Origin: Halarcobacter sp.
Lineage (GTDB): Bacteria; Campylobacterota; Campylobacteria; Campylobacterales; Arcobacteraceae
Assembly (NCBI GenBank): GCA_041583235.1
Contig: JBFHGG010000003.1
Location: 3,823-67,822, forward strand
Direction of reading: 5' to 3'
Length of the DNA stretch: 64,000 nucleotides
Part shown: one piece after another, positions 1 through 10,031 of the stretch
Layout of the letters: each line of letters starts with the position of its first letter
How positions within the stretch are numbered: the first letter of the stretch is position 1
Notes under the pieces: generated by a model
What the model was told of the DNA's origin: nothing
The model's input: the letters and a program-made list of their open reading frames with translations, nothing else
Database searches by the model: none
Position numbers and translations under genes: made by a program

Positions 1-78
1 TACTTATTAAATTTTAAAATCCACTACTTTAAAATTTTAAATTTACTTATAAATATAAGAAAAAAAGGGAGAAGATAT

Positions 79-393
79 ATGAAAGAGGAATTGGTAAATA
101 GGATAGAAAATAATCCTAAATATCAAGAACTAGTTTCTAAAAGAAATAGTTTTGGTATTAAGTTAGGTATATTTGTATTAGTAATGTTTTATGCATACAT
201 TTTAGTTATAGCATTTAATAAAGAGATTTTGGCTACAAAAATTGGTGAGGGACTTACAACAATTGCATTTCCTATTGCATTAGCAATATTAATAATTAGT
301 TTTATTACAACTCTTATTTATGTAAAAAGAGCAAATGGTGAGTTTGAAGATTTAACTAATGAAATTAAAGATGATGTAAAGGACTTAATCTAA
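79..393 (+). CDS. DUF485 (YjcH-like) small membrane protein, partner of ActP
   Basis: Two hydrophobic segments; stop codon overlaps the actP start (TAATG), the usual yjcH-actP arrangement. Confidence 0.85.
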   Translation: MKEELVNRIENNPKYQELVSKRNSFGIKLGIFVLVMFYAYILVIAFNKEILATKIGEGLTTIAFPIALAILIISFITTLIYVKRANGEFEDLTNEIKDDVKDLI

Positions 394-2042
394 TGTTTAA
401 AATATTAACACTTATTGCTATTTTTACAATTACTGCTTTTGCTGCTGGTGATGCAACATTTGAAGCAGTAAAAAGAGAACTTAATATTCCTGCGATTATT
501 ATGTTTTTTATTTTTATTATTGGTACTTTAGGTATTACATACTGGGCAGCAAGAAAAACTAAATCTGCAAGTGACTTTTATACTGCTGGTGGGGGGATTA
601 CAGGTTTTCAAAATGGATTAGCGATTGCTGGAGATTATATGTCAGCTGCTGCATTCTTAGGAGTATCAGGACTTATATATTTAAAAGGTTATGATGGTGT
701 TATTTATGCCGTTTCATTTCTTGTGGGTTGGCCAGTAATTCTTTTCTTTATGGCTGAAAAGTTAAGAAATTTAGGTAAATTTACATTTGCTGATATTGCG
801 GCATATAGACTTGGACAAAAAGAGATTAGAACGCTTGCTGCATTTGGTTCACTTTCAGTTGTAATCTTATATCTTATTGCACAAATGGTTGGAGCAGGAA
901 AATTAATACAAGTTTTATTTGGCATGGAGTATGAATATGCAGTAATCCTAGTTGGAATAATGATGATTATTTATGTAACATTCGGGGGAATGCTTGCAAC
1001 TACTTGGGTACAAATAATTAAAGCTTGTTTATTACTTACAGGTGTGTCTTTTATGGCTATTATGGTTTTATATCATTTTGATTTTTCATTTGAATCTTTA
1101 GCTGTTAAGGCAGTTGAAAACCATACAGCAGGTGAATCTATTTTAGCACCAGGAGGATTTATTTCTGATCCTATTTCTGCAATTTCTTTAGGTATGGCAT
1201 TAATGTTAGGAACTGCTGGTTTACCTCATGTATTAATGAGATTCTTTACAGTAGGAAACGCAAAAGAAGCTAGAAAATCTGTTGTTTACGCAACTGGTTT
1301 TGTTGGTTATTTTTGGATTATTATTACTATTGTTGGTTTTGGTGCAATTGCATTTTTAAACTCAGCAGATGGTGCAGAATATTTTGTTGATGGTAAACTA
1401 TTTGGTGGAAACAATATGGCTTCAATTCACTTATCACATATGTTAGGAGGGAATGCATTCTTAGGATTTATTTCAGCAGTTGCTTTTGCTACAATTTTAG
1501 CAGTTGTTTCAGGACTTACTCTCGCAGGAGCAAGTGCTATTTCTCATGATATTTATGCAAATGTAATAAATCCAAATTGTACAGAAGAGCAAGAAATAAA
1601 AGTTTCTAAAATAACTGTTGTTATTGTTGGAATAGTTGGTGTAATATTAGGTATTTCATTTGAATCTCAAAATATAGCATATATGGTAGGACTTGCTTTT
1701 GGTATTGCAGCATCTGCAAATTTCCCTATTCTTTTCTTATCTATTTATTGGAGAGGGTTAACAACTAGAGGTGCATTTTTAGGTGGATTTATTGGTTTAA
1801 TTACTGCTGTTACTTTAGTAATAGTAGGTCCAATTGTTTGGGTACAAATTTTAGGAAATGAGCAAGCAATATTTCCATATAAACACCCTGCACTATTCTC
1901 TGTAACAATAGCCTTTGTTTCAATCTGGTTTTTCTCTAAAATAGATAACTCGCAAAGAGGTGTAAATGAAAAAGAGATGTTTAGAGCTCAAAATGTTAGA
2001 GCAAATACTGGTATTGGTTCAGCAGGAGCTGTTGATCATTAA
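393..2042 (+). CDS. actP: Cation/acetate symporter, sodium:solute symporter family
   Basis: Motifs [24 protein letters not shown] and [15 protein letters not shown]; about 13 TM segments. Confidence 0.92.
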   Translation: MFKILTLIAIFTITAFAAGDATFEAVKRELNIPAIIMFFIFIIGTLGITYWAARKTKSASDFYTAGGGITGFQNGLAIAGDYMSAAAFLGVSGLIYLKGYDGVIYAVSFLVGWPVILFFMAEKLRNLGKFTFADIAAYRLGQKEIRTLAAFGSLSVVILYLIAQMVGAGKLIQVLFGMEYEYAVILVGIMMIIYVTFGGMLATTWVQIIKACLLLTGVSFMAIMVLYHFDFSFESLAVKAVENHTAGESILAPGGFISDPISAISLGMALMLGTAGLPHVLMRFFTVGNAKEARKSVVYATGFVGYFWIIITIVGFGAIAFLNSADGAEYFVDGKLFGGNNMASIHLSHMLGGNAFLGFISAVAFATILAVVSGLTLAGASAISHDIYANVINPNCTEEQEIKVSKITVVIVGIVGVILGISFESQNIAYMVGLAFGIAASANFPILFLSIYWRGLTTRGAFLGGFIGLITAVTLVIVGPIVWVQILGNEQAIFPYKHPALFSVTIAFVSIWFFSKIDNSQRGVNEKEMFRAQNVRANTGIGSAGAVDH

Positions 2043-2052
2043 TAGTTTAAAG

Positions 2053-2074
2053 CAAAGAGAGTTTACTCTCTTTG
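2053..2074 (+). terminator. Hairpin after actP
   Basis: caaagagag-ttta-ctctctttg inverted repeat directly after the stop codon. Confidence 0.6.
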
Positions 2075-2188
2075 TTAAATTAAAAAATAAATATATTTAA
2101 AATTTATATTATTGATTTCAGTTTTTTATCATTTTGCCTATGATAATCTAAATTGTAATTATTTAAAATCAATAATAAAGACTTTAAT

Positions 2189-4030
2189 ATGAGAACACAA
2201 GAAGAAATTGCATTTCTTAAATCAATTCATCCTTTTGAAAATCTTTCGAAACTTCAATTAGAAAAATTTACAGAAGTTCTAGATATTATATATCTTAAAA
2301 AAGATACTATAATTCAAAAACAAGGTGAAGAACCTAAGTATTTATATTTTATTTTAAAAGGTTTAGTTCAAGAAAAACAAGAAGATGAAGTATTATCAAT
2401 TTATTCAAAAAAAGAATTTTTTGATCCTGTTTCTCTTATTGAAAATTATTCTAAAAATAGTTTTGTTACAACACAAGAAACTATTTGTTATATATTACCA
2501 AAAGAGATTTTTATTAAAACTCTTCGCCAAAACAATGTATTAGAGAGTTTCTTCTTTCAATCAATTTCTCAAAAATTAAATGCCAATATTAATAATGAAA
2601 AGAATAAAGAACTTTCAAATTTAATGCTTGCCAAAGTAAAAGAAGCAAATGTTCATAGAGCAGTCATTTTACCTTATAAAACTTCAATTTTTGATGCAGT
2701 TACAACAATTAAAAAAGAAAAAGTCCCAACCTTATTATTAAAAGATGAAAAAAATGAGATGTATATAGTTACAGATTCAGATTTTAGAGAAAAAGTGATT
2801 TTAAATAGAATGGATTTTGATGATACTGTAGGGAAAATATCTAATAAAAATCTTATTTATGTAAATGAAAATGATTTTTTATTTAATGCTCAATTAATAA
2901 TGGCAAAACATGGATTAAAAAGAGTTGTTGTTAAAAATGATGAAAATGAAATTTGTGGAATAATTGACCAAATATCATTATCATCATTTTTTGCCACTCA
3001 TACATTTTCTGTTTCAAATACAATTTCAAAAGCTGAATCTATAGAAGAATTAAAAAAAGCTTCTCAATCTTTTACTAAAATCATTAAATCTCTTAATGCA
3101 AAAGGTGTGAAAATTGAATTTATATCAAAATTAATTAATCAATTAAATAGAAAAGTAATGCATAAATTATTTAAAATGACTGCTCCAAAAGAGTTAATAG
3201 GAAAAGCTTGTCTTATTGTAATGGGAAGTGAAGGAAGAAGTGAACAAATTTTAAAAACGGATCAAGACAATGCCTTAATTATTGCAGATGATTGTGTTTT
3301 AAGTAATGAAGAGATATTAAAATTTACACATAATTATACCGAGCATCTTGTAGATTTTGGCTTTCCTAGATGTGAAGGAAATATTATGGTTTCAAATCCT
3401 TACTGGTGTAGAAGACAAAAAGATTTTAAAGATATTATTTTTGAATGGATTACAAAACCAAGTGGTGATAACTTTATGAATCTTGCAATCTTTTATGATG
3501 CAATGTCTGTAAGTGAGGATAGAGAAATGTTAAATGAATTAAAAGAGTATTTATTTAACATTGGTTCAACATCAAAAACATTTTATATGCACTTTGCAAA
3601 AATCATTATGGATTTCAATGTTCCTCTTGGTTTTTTTGATGGTTTTGTTTTTGATTCAAAAGATAAAGAACATAATAATGAACTTGATATTAAAAAAGGT
3701 GGTATTTTTATAATTGTACAAAGTATAAGAACCTTATCTTTAGAACATAAATTAATGAGAGTAAATACTATAAAAAGAATTAAAGAATTAGAAGAAAAAG
3801 GAGAGTTTGATAAAGAGTTTGCTTCTGAATTAATTGAAGCTTTCAAGTTTCTATTAACTATAAAACTAAAATCAAATCTTGAAAAAATGCATAATAATGA
3901 AACAATTGATAACTACATAAATCCAAATAATTTAAATACCATGGAAAAGGATTTACTAAAAGATAGTTTTAAAATTGTAAATAGATTAAAGAAAAAACTA
4001 GAACATCATTATAAGTTAAATTATGTTTAA
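2189..4030 (+). CDS. cNMP-binding + CBS + putative nucleotidyltransferase (DUF294/DUF294_C) protein
   Basis: N-terminal cNMP-like fold (YLYFILKGLV), a CBS pair, the GlnD-like motif GSEGRSEQILKTDQDN and C-terminal LDIKKGG. Confidence 0.85.
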   Translation: MRTQEEIAFLKSIHPFENLSKLQLEKFTEVLDIIYLKKDTIIQKQGEEPKYLYFILKGLVQEKQEDEVLSIYSKKEFFDPVSLIENYSKNSFVTTQETICYILPKEIFIKTLRQNNVLESFFFQSISQKLNANINNEKNKELSNLMLAKVKEANVHRAVILPYKTSIFDAVTTIKKEKVPTLLLKDEKNEMYIVTDSDFREKVILNRMDFDDTVGKISNKNLIYVNENDFLFNAQLIMAKHGLKRVVVKNDENEICGIIDQISLSSFFATHTFSVSNTISKAESIEELKKASQSFTKIIKSLNAKGVKIEFISKLINQLNRKVMHKLFKMTAPKELIGKACLIVMGSEGRSEQILKTDQDNALIIADDCVLSNEEILKFTHNYTEHLVDFGFPRCEGNIMVSNPYWCRRQKDFKDIIFEWITKPSGDNFMNLAIFYDAMSVSEDREMLNELKEYLFNIGSTSKTFYMHFAKIIMDFNVPLGFFDGFVFDSKDKEHNNELDIKKGGIFIIVQSIRTLSLEHKLMRVNTIKRIKELEEKGEFDKEFASELIEAFKFLLTIKLKSNLEKMHNNETIDNYINPNNLNTMEKDLLKDSFKIVNRLKKKLEHHYKLNYV

Positions 4031-4643
4031 TCAAATAAAAAATTATTTGAATAAAAAAAATCTAAAAGATGAAAAGTATTCTTATCTTTTTGATAAAACT
4101 ACTAATAATGAATTTGTATGTTTTGATTGTGAAACAACAGGTTTAGATTTAAAAATTGATGATATTATTTCTATTGGTGCGGTTATTATAAAAGATAATA
4201 TTATACTTTCAAGTAAAAGATTTATCAGATTTGTTAAGCCTAAAACAAAATTACAAATTGAAGCAATCAAAATTCATCATATAAGAGAAATGGATCTTGA
4301 AGAAGCAGAAAATATTGAAAATGTTATAAAAGAATTTTTAGAATTTATTGGAAATAGAAAACTTGTGGGTTATTATCTAGAGTTTGATATTGCAATGATA
4401 AATAAATATTTAAAACCAAAACTTGGAATTAATTTACCCAATTATGCTTATGAGATATCAGCTATTTATCATGACTATAAAATTGAAAAAATTCCTCAAA
4501 GTAACATTGACTTAAGATTTGATGCAATTATGAAGGATTTAAATATACCAGTATTTGGAAAACATGATGCTTATAATGATGCAATTATGACTGCTATGAT
4601 ATTTTTAAAACTAAAAAATTTAGCAAGAGTAAAAATTAAATAA
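4023..4643 (+). CDS. DEDDh 3'-5' exonuclease (DnaQ-like)
   Basis: ExoI FDCETTG, ExoII YLEFD and ExoIII HDAYND; overlaps the upstream gene by 8 nt. Confidence 0.88.
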   Translation: MFNQIKNYLNKKNLKDEKYSYLFDKTTNNEFVCFDCETTGLDLKIDDIISIGAVIIKDNIILSSKRFIRFVKPKTKLQIEAIKIHHIREMDLEEAENIENVIKEFLEFIGNRKLVGYYLEFDIAMINKYLKPKLGINLPNYAYEISAIYHDYKIEKIPQSNIDLRFDAIMKDLNIPVFGKHDAYNDAIMTAMIFLKLKNLARVKIK

Positions 4644-4744
4644 TTTTAAGTTAAAACTAAAATTAATATATATTAGTAAATTTACATACAATTAACATAT
4701 CTTTTAGTTATAATTTTCCAAAAATATATAGAGAAGGTAGAAAT

Positions 4745-5932
4745 ATGTTAGTACTCGTCTTAAATGCTGGAAGTTCATCTTTAAAATATCAATTAATGAA
4801 TCCTGAAACTGCTGAAGTTAAAGCAACAGGGATTTGTGAAAGAATTGGAATTGATGGAAGATTAGTTCATGAAGCAAAAGGTCATAAAGTAAAAAAAGAT
4901 CTTGCGATGCCTACACATAAAGAAGCAATTGAAATTGTTTTAAACTTTTTAACAAATGGTGAAGATAAAGTTATTGACTCAATAGATGAAATCAAAGCTA
5001 TAGGACATAGAGTTGTTCACGGGGGAGAATATTTTAATCACTCAGTTATTATTGATGATGATGTAATAGAAAAAATACAATCACTTATTCCCCTTGCCCC
5101 TTTACATAATCCTGCTCATATAATTGGTATAAAAATCTGTAAAGAAATAATGCCAAATACTCCAAATGTTGCTGTATTTGATACAGCATTCCATCAAACA
5201 ATGCCAGCAAGTTCATTTATGTATGCAGTTCCTTATGAAGATTACAAAGACCATAAAGTTAGAAAATATGGCTTTCATGGAACTAGCCACTATTATGTTT
5301 CAAATGAAGCAAAAAAAATGCTAAATAAAGAAGATTCAAAAGTTATTGTTTGTCACTTAGGAAATGGTTCTTCTATGTGTGCAGTTAGAGATGGTAAATC
5401 AATTGATACATCAATGGGATTAAGTCCTTTAGAAGGTTTAATTATGGGAACAAGATCTGGAGATTTAGATCCTGCTGTTTTGAACTATTTAATGGAAAAG
5501 AAAAATATGTCTTCTGAAGAGATGATAAGTTACTTGAATAAAAAATCTGGACTTCTTGGAGTATCTGGAATTTCTTCTGATTTAAGAGAGATTATTGAAG
5601 CTGCTCAAAATGGTGATGAAAGAGCGCAAACAGCAATAGATATGAAATGTAATAGAATTAAAAAATATATCTGTTCATATGCAGGAGTACTTGAAGGAGT
5701 TGATGCAATTTGTTTCACAGCAGGAATTGGTGAAAATGCAGATATAGTTAGAGAAAAAGTATGTAGCGGATTGGAATTTTTAGGCCTTGAACTTGATATA
5801 AAGAAGAATAAAACTAGAAGTTTTGAAAATAGAGAAATAAATAAAGATACTTCAAAAGTGAAGATTTATATAATTCCTACAAATGAAGAGTATGTAATTG
5901 CTCATGATACTTATCAATTAGTAAAAGCCTAA
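4745..5932 (+). CDS. ackA: Acetate kinase (copy 1)
   Basis: LNAGSSSLK, HRVVHGG, LAPLHNP, YGFHGTSH, HLGNGSS, GTRSGD and PTNEE motifs. Confidence 0.95.
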   Translation: MLVLVLNAGSSSLKYQLMNPETAEVKATGICERIGIDGRLVHEAKGHKVKKDLAMPTHKEAIEIVLNFLTNGEDKVIDSIDEIKAIGHRVVHGGEYFNHSVIIDDDVIEKIQSLIPLAPLHNPAHIIGIKICKEIMPNTPNVAVFDTAFHQTMPASSFMYAVPYEDYKDHKVRKYGFHGTSHYYVSNEAKKMLNKEDSKVIVCHLGNGSSMCAVRDGKSIDTSMGLSPLEGLIMGTRSGDLDPAVLNYLMEKKNMSSEEMISYLNKKSGLLGVSGISSDLREIIEAAQNGDERAQTAIDMKCNRIKKYICSYAGVLEGVDAICFTAGIGENADIVREKVCSGLEFLGLELDIKKNKTRSFENREINKDTSKVKIYIIPTNEEYVIAHDTYQLVKA

Positions 5933-6112
5933 AGCTTTTACTAATTATTATCTTACTTAGCTAAAAAAATATACAAAATCTATACTTATTTATACTATAT
6001 GTACTACTTTTATACACACCTTATTAATATGAACAAAACTTATTCCCAAATGCTATTATAATGCTACGTTTGAATATTATAATTTATTGAATTAACAATA
6101 AAGGAAACTTGA

Positions 6113-7105
6113 ATGGGTTTAATTGAAAGTATTAAAGAAAATGCTAGAAAAGAGCTAAAAACTATCGTCCTGCCGGAGGCTGATGATGAAAGAGTTTTAA
6201 AAGCTACTCAAATCGTTTTAGAAGAAAAAACTGCAAATGTAGTTTTAATTGGAAATGCAGAAAAAATCAATTCTGATGCTGCTGCTTGTGGCGCAAACAT
6301 AGAGGGTGCTACTATTATTGACCCCTTGAGTTTTGATGGAATTGAGAAGTATATTGATGCACTAGTTGAACTTAGAAAATCAAAAGGTCTTTCAAAAGAT
6401 GAGGCTGCAAAAATCATGACTACAGAACCTAGATTCTTTGGTTGTATGATGGTAAGACTTGGTGAGGCTGATGGATTAGTTGCAGGTTCAAATTCTCCAA
6501 CTGCAGATGTTTTAAGAGCTGCAATTCAAGTTATTAAAACTGCACCAGGAATAAATACTGTTTCTTCTACTTTTATTATGGAAACAAGTGATGGAAAATT
6601 TGGAGATAATGGCTTAATTTTATTTGCAGATTGTGCTGTTAATCCAGAACCAAATGCTGAACAATTAGCAGATATTGCATCTGCAACTGCTGCAACGGCT
6701 AAATCTGTTGTAGGATTAGAACCAAGAGTTGCAATGTTGTCATTTTCAACAAAAGGAAGTGCTAAGCATCCACTTGTAGATAAAGTACAATTTGCATGTG
6801 ATATATTAGAAGAGAGAGAAGTTGATTTTGCATTTGACGGGGAGATGCAAGCAGATGCTGCTATTGTAGAAGCTGTTGGTGCATCAAAAGCACCAGGTTC
6901 TAAAGTAGCAGGATGTGCTAATGTTTTAGTTTTCCCTGATTTACAATCAGGAAATATAGGATATAAATTAGTACAAAGATTTGCAGGTGCTTCAGCACAT
7001 GGACCTATTGTACAAGGATTAAATAAGCCTGTAAATGACCTTTCTAGAGGTTGTTCAATTGAAGATATTTCAAACTTAGTTGCAATTACTGCAACTCAAG
7101 CATAA
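6113..7105 (+). CDS. pta: Phosphate acetyltransferase, short (catalytic-domain-only) type
   Basis: IVLPE, FADCAVNP, MLSFSTKGS, DGEMQADAA, FPDLQSGNIGYK and NDLSRG motifs. Confidence 0.95.
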   Translation: MGLIESIKENARKELKTIVLPEADDERVLKATQIVLEEKTANVVLIGNAEKINSDAAACGANIEGATIIDPLSFDGIEKYIDALVELRKSKGLSKDEAAKIMTTEPRFFGCMMVRLGEADGLVAGSNSPTADVLRAAIQVIKTAPGINTVSSTFIMETSDGKFGDNGLILFADCAVNPEPNAEQLADIASATAATAKSVVGLEPRVAMLSFSTKGSAKHPLVDKVQFACDILEEREVDFAFDGEMQADAAIVEAVGASKAPGSKVAGCANVLVFPDLQSGNIGYKLVQRFAGASAHGPIVQGLNKPVNDLSRGCSIEDISNLVAITATQA

Positions 7106-7141
7106 TTACAAAATCAAATTTAAAGAAGAGGGAAAAGACAT

Positions 7142-8341
7142 ATGTTAGTATTTATTTTAAACGCAGGTAGTTCGTCACTAAAGTACCAATTAATGAATCC
7201 AATTAGTAAAGAAGTTTTAGCAGTAGGACTTTGTGAAAGAATTGGAATTGATGGTGTAATAAAACATGAATTTGGTGATGATCAAAAATTAAAACTTGAC
7301 GTTTCAATGCCAACACACAAAGAAGCAATTGAATTAGTATTAAAAACTTTAACTGAAGGTGAAGGTAAAGTTATAAATTCTATTGATGATATTGATGCTA
7401 TAGGACATAGAGCTGTTCATGGGGGAGAAGAGTTTGCTTCTTCTGTAATGGTAACAGATGCAGTTATTAACAAAATGAAGGAACTTATTCCTTTAGCTCC
7501 TTTACATAACCCTGCAAATATTATGGGTATGGAAATTTGTGCTGAATTAATGCCAGGTAAACCAAATGTTGCAGTATTTGATACTGCATTTCATCAAACT
7601 ATGCCTGATTATGCTTATATGTATCCACTTCCATATGAACAATATACTAATAATGGTGTTAGAAAATATGGTTTCCATGGTACGTCTCATTATTTTGTTT
7701 CAAGCGAAGCAACTAAAATGTTAGATAAAAAACATAATACAAGAATCATAGTTTGTCACTTAGGAAATGGCTCTTCAGTTTCTGCTATCTTTGATGGTAA
7801 ATGTATTGACACTTCTATGGGACTTACTCCTGTTCAAGGTTTAATGATGGGAACAAGATCTGGAGATATTGGAGCAGGTGCAATTCAATATATGATGGAA
7901 TCTGAGGGTCTTAGTATTAAAGAGATGCTTGATATGTTAAATAAAAAATCAGGAATTGTTGGAATTTCTGGGAAATCATCAGATTTAAGAGAAGTTCTTG
8001 AAGGAATGGATGCAGGTGATGATAGATGTAGATTAGCAGTTGATATGATTGCTTATATTATCAAGAAATATGTTGGTTCATATGCAGCAGCACTTGATGG
8101 TGTAGATGCATTATGTTTCACAGGTGGAATTGGTGAAAATGCAGCTCTTATTAGAGAAAAAGTTTGTTCAGGTTTAGATTATATGGGATTAAATATTGAC
8201 CCAACTAAAAATAATAAAAGATCTAGTAATGCAAGAGATATTTCTACAAATGGTTCAAATGGTAGAATTTTTGTTATTCCAACAAATGAAGAGTATGTAA
8301 TTGCAAATGATACATATAAAATTGTTCAAGGTCTAGCATAA
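7142..8341 (+). CDS. ackA: Acetate kinase (copy 2)
   Basis: Same motif set as copy 1, with HRAVHGG. Confidence 0.93.
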   Translation: MLVFILNAGSSSLKYQLMNPISKEVLAVGLCERIGIDGVIKHEFGDDQKLKLDVSMPTHKEAIELVLKTLTEGEGKVINSIDDIDAIGHRAVHGGEEFASSVMVTDAVINKMKELIPLAPLHNPANIMGMEICAELMPGKPNVAVFDTAFHQTMPDYAYMYPLPYEQYTNNGVRKYGFHGTSHYFVSSEATKMLDKKHNTRIIVCHLGNGSSVSAIFDGKCIDTSMGLTPVQGLMMGTRSGDIGAGAIQYMMESEGLSIKEMLDMLNKKSGIVGISGKSSDLREVLEGMDAGDDRCRLAVDMIAYIIKKYVGSYAAALDGVDALCFTGGIGENAALIREKVCSGLDYMGLNIDPTKNNKRSSNARDISTNGSNGRIFVIPTNEEYVIANDTYKIVQGLA

Positions 8342-8375
8342 TATTTTATTATAATAAACATAACTTTCAAATTTC

Positions 8376-8403
8376 GCTTCCTTAATAATCTAATTAAGGA
8401 AGC
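8376..8403 (+). terminator. Hairpin after ackA2
   Basis: gcttccttaat / attaaggaagc, an 11-bp stem. Confidence 0.6.
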
Positions 8404-8470
8404 AGAAAATAAATTTATAATAAAATTATAAATAAAAAATTGTTTTACTTCTACAATAAGGATTTATTTA

Positions 8471-9073
8471 GTGATACGTAAATTAAACCTTCTTTTATTA
8501 ACTCTATTTTGCCTAACTTCTTCAGCTAGTGCTGTAAACTATTATGTTTCAGATGATTTATATACTTATATTCATTCAGGGCCAGGAACACAATATAAAA
8601 TTATTGGTAGTGTAAATGCAGGGGAGCATATTAAAATACTTCAATCTAATGCAAATTTTACTCAAATAAAAGATTCAAAAGGTCGTTCAGGTTGGATTAA
8701 TTCAAAATTTGTTTCTAAAAGGGCAGGATTAAAAGAGCATTTACCAAAGCTCGAAACACAGCTTACAAAATTAAATGCACAATTAATTACTGTAAAAGAT
8801 AAAGCAGATAAAGATAAAATAAAGTTTAATGAAGATTTAGAATCAAAAAGTAAGCAAGTTAATGAATTACAAAATAAAAATTCTAAATTAAATAAAGAAT
8901 TACAAAAAATTCAAGCATTAAATCGTAATTTAAATGCAAAACTAGATACTCAAAAAAATGATTTACTAATGCGTTGGTTTACTTATGGAGGAATGGTTGC
9001 AGGAGCTGGTTTACTTTTAGGTCTAATACTTCCAGTACTAATTCCAAGTCGTCGCCGTAAAACAAGGTGGTAA
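8471..9073 (+). CDS. SH3-domain protein, YgiM/HtrG (TIGR04211)-like
   Basis: Signal peptide, YVSDDLYTYIHSGPG...GW SH3 pattern, coiled coil, C-terminal TM and basic tail PSRRRKTRW; GTG start. Confidence 0.85.
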   Translation: MIRKLNLLLLTLFCLTSSASAVNYYVSDDLYTYIHSGPGTQYKIIGSVNAGEHIKILQSNANFTQIKDSKGRSGWINSKFVSKRAGLKEHLPKLETQLTKLNAQLITVKDKADKDKIKFNEDLESKSKQVNELQNKNSKLNKELQKIQALNRNLNAKLDTQKNDLLMRWFTYGGMVAGAGLLLGLILPVLIPSRRRKTRW

Positions 9074-9080
9074 TTAAATA

Positions 9081-9111
9081 AAGTAAAAAGTGCATTTAGC
9101 ACTTTTTACTT
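9081..9111. terminator. Bidirectional terminator between convergent genes
   Basis: aagtaaaaagtgc-attta-gcactttttactt, a 13-bp stem. Confidence 0.7.
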
Positions 9112-9140
9112 CTAAAATATTAGAACGAGGTTTTTGTATT

Positions 9141-10031
9141 TTAATAGGCTTTTAAAGACCCGAATAAATTAACAGAAAAACTTGTAACAGCTTCACTAAT
9201 AATTTTATCTATAAATCTATCAAATTTATCCTCTTTTTTCCATATAGGATTTGTTACACCTGATAATTTCATAGTTTGTGATTTTGCATAACTTAGTGTT
9301 GATACCTCATCAATAAGTCCTACTTCTTTAGCTTGACTAGATGTAAAAATATGAGCATCTGCATATACAGTATGATTCTCTTTTTTTAGTTTTCTAGCAT
9401 TTGCTACATCAGATATAAACATATCATATGTATCTTTAATAACTTTTTCTAACTCTGCTTTTTCATAAGAATTCCATTCTCTTGTTGGAGTTCCTGATTC
9501 TTTAAACTTTCCAGCTTTTATAGTTTGAGTTTTTACACCTATTGTTTTCATTAACTCTTCAACATTTGTTCCTTGAAAAATTACACCAATAGAACCTACC
9601 ATAGCTCCTGGATTAGCAATAATTTCATTTGCCCATATAGAAGCATAATAAGAGCCACTAGCCATTACACCACTTGCATATGCAACAACCGGCTTTAATT
9701 CAGCTAATTCTTTAATTGCATAGGCTAATTCTACTGAAGGGGCTACTGAGCCACCTGGAGAATTTACAAGTAAAAGAACACCTTTAATATTTTTATTCTT
9801 TTTAGCATCATCAATTTCCAACATAGTTTTTTCAATATTTAATATAGGTCCAAGTAATTCAATTTTTTGTAGATTGGCACCTTCAAATTCACCTCTATTT
9901 AAAGCTGAATCTTCCGAGCTTGCAACAAAAAAATAAACAATAGTTAAAAAAACTACTGTTTTAAAATACTTAGTTATAAAATCTAAAACGGCAATAATAG
10001 GATAAAACAATTTTTTAATCATCTCAAACAT
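9141..10031 (-). CDS. sppA: Signal peptide peptidase SppA (S49)
   Basis: NSPGGS, MASGSYY and VGSIGV motifs; start placed at MFEM behind a GGAGG SD. Confidence 0.9.
   Translation of the reverse strand: MFEMIKKLFYPIIAVLDFITKYFKTVVFLTIVYFFVASSEDSALNRGEFEGANLQKIELLGPILNIEKTMLEIDDAKKNKNIKGVLLLVNSPGGSVAPSVELAYAIKELAELKPVVAYASGVMASGSYYASIWANEIIANPGAMVGSIGVIFQGTNVEELMKTIGVKTQTIKAGKFKESGTPTREWNSYEKAELEKVIKDTYDMFISDVANARKLKKENHTVYADAHIFTSSQAKEVGLIDEVSTLSYAKSQTMKLSGVTNPIWKKEDKFDRFIDKIISEAVTSFSVNLFGSLKAY

Noticed and set aside
7142-8341. ackA2 as a propionate kinase because of HRAVHGG
   Set aside because: The Ala is one position before the specificity residue. The Val equivalent to Methanosarcina Val93 is retained, whereas TdcD has HRIAHGG.
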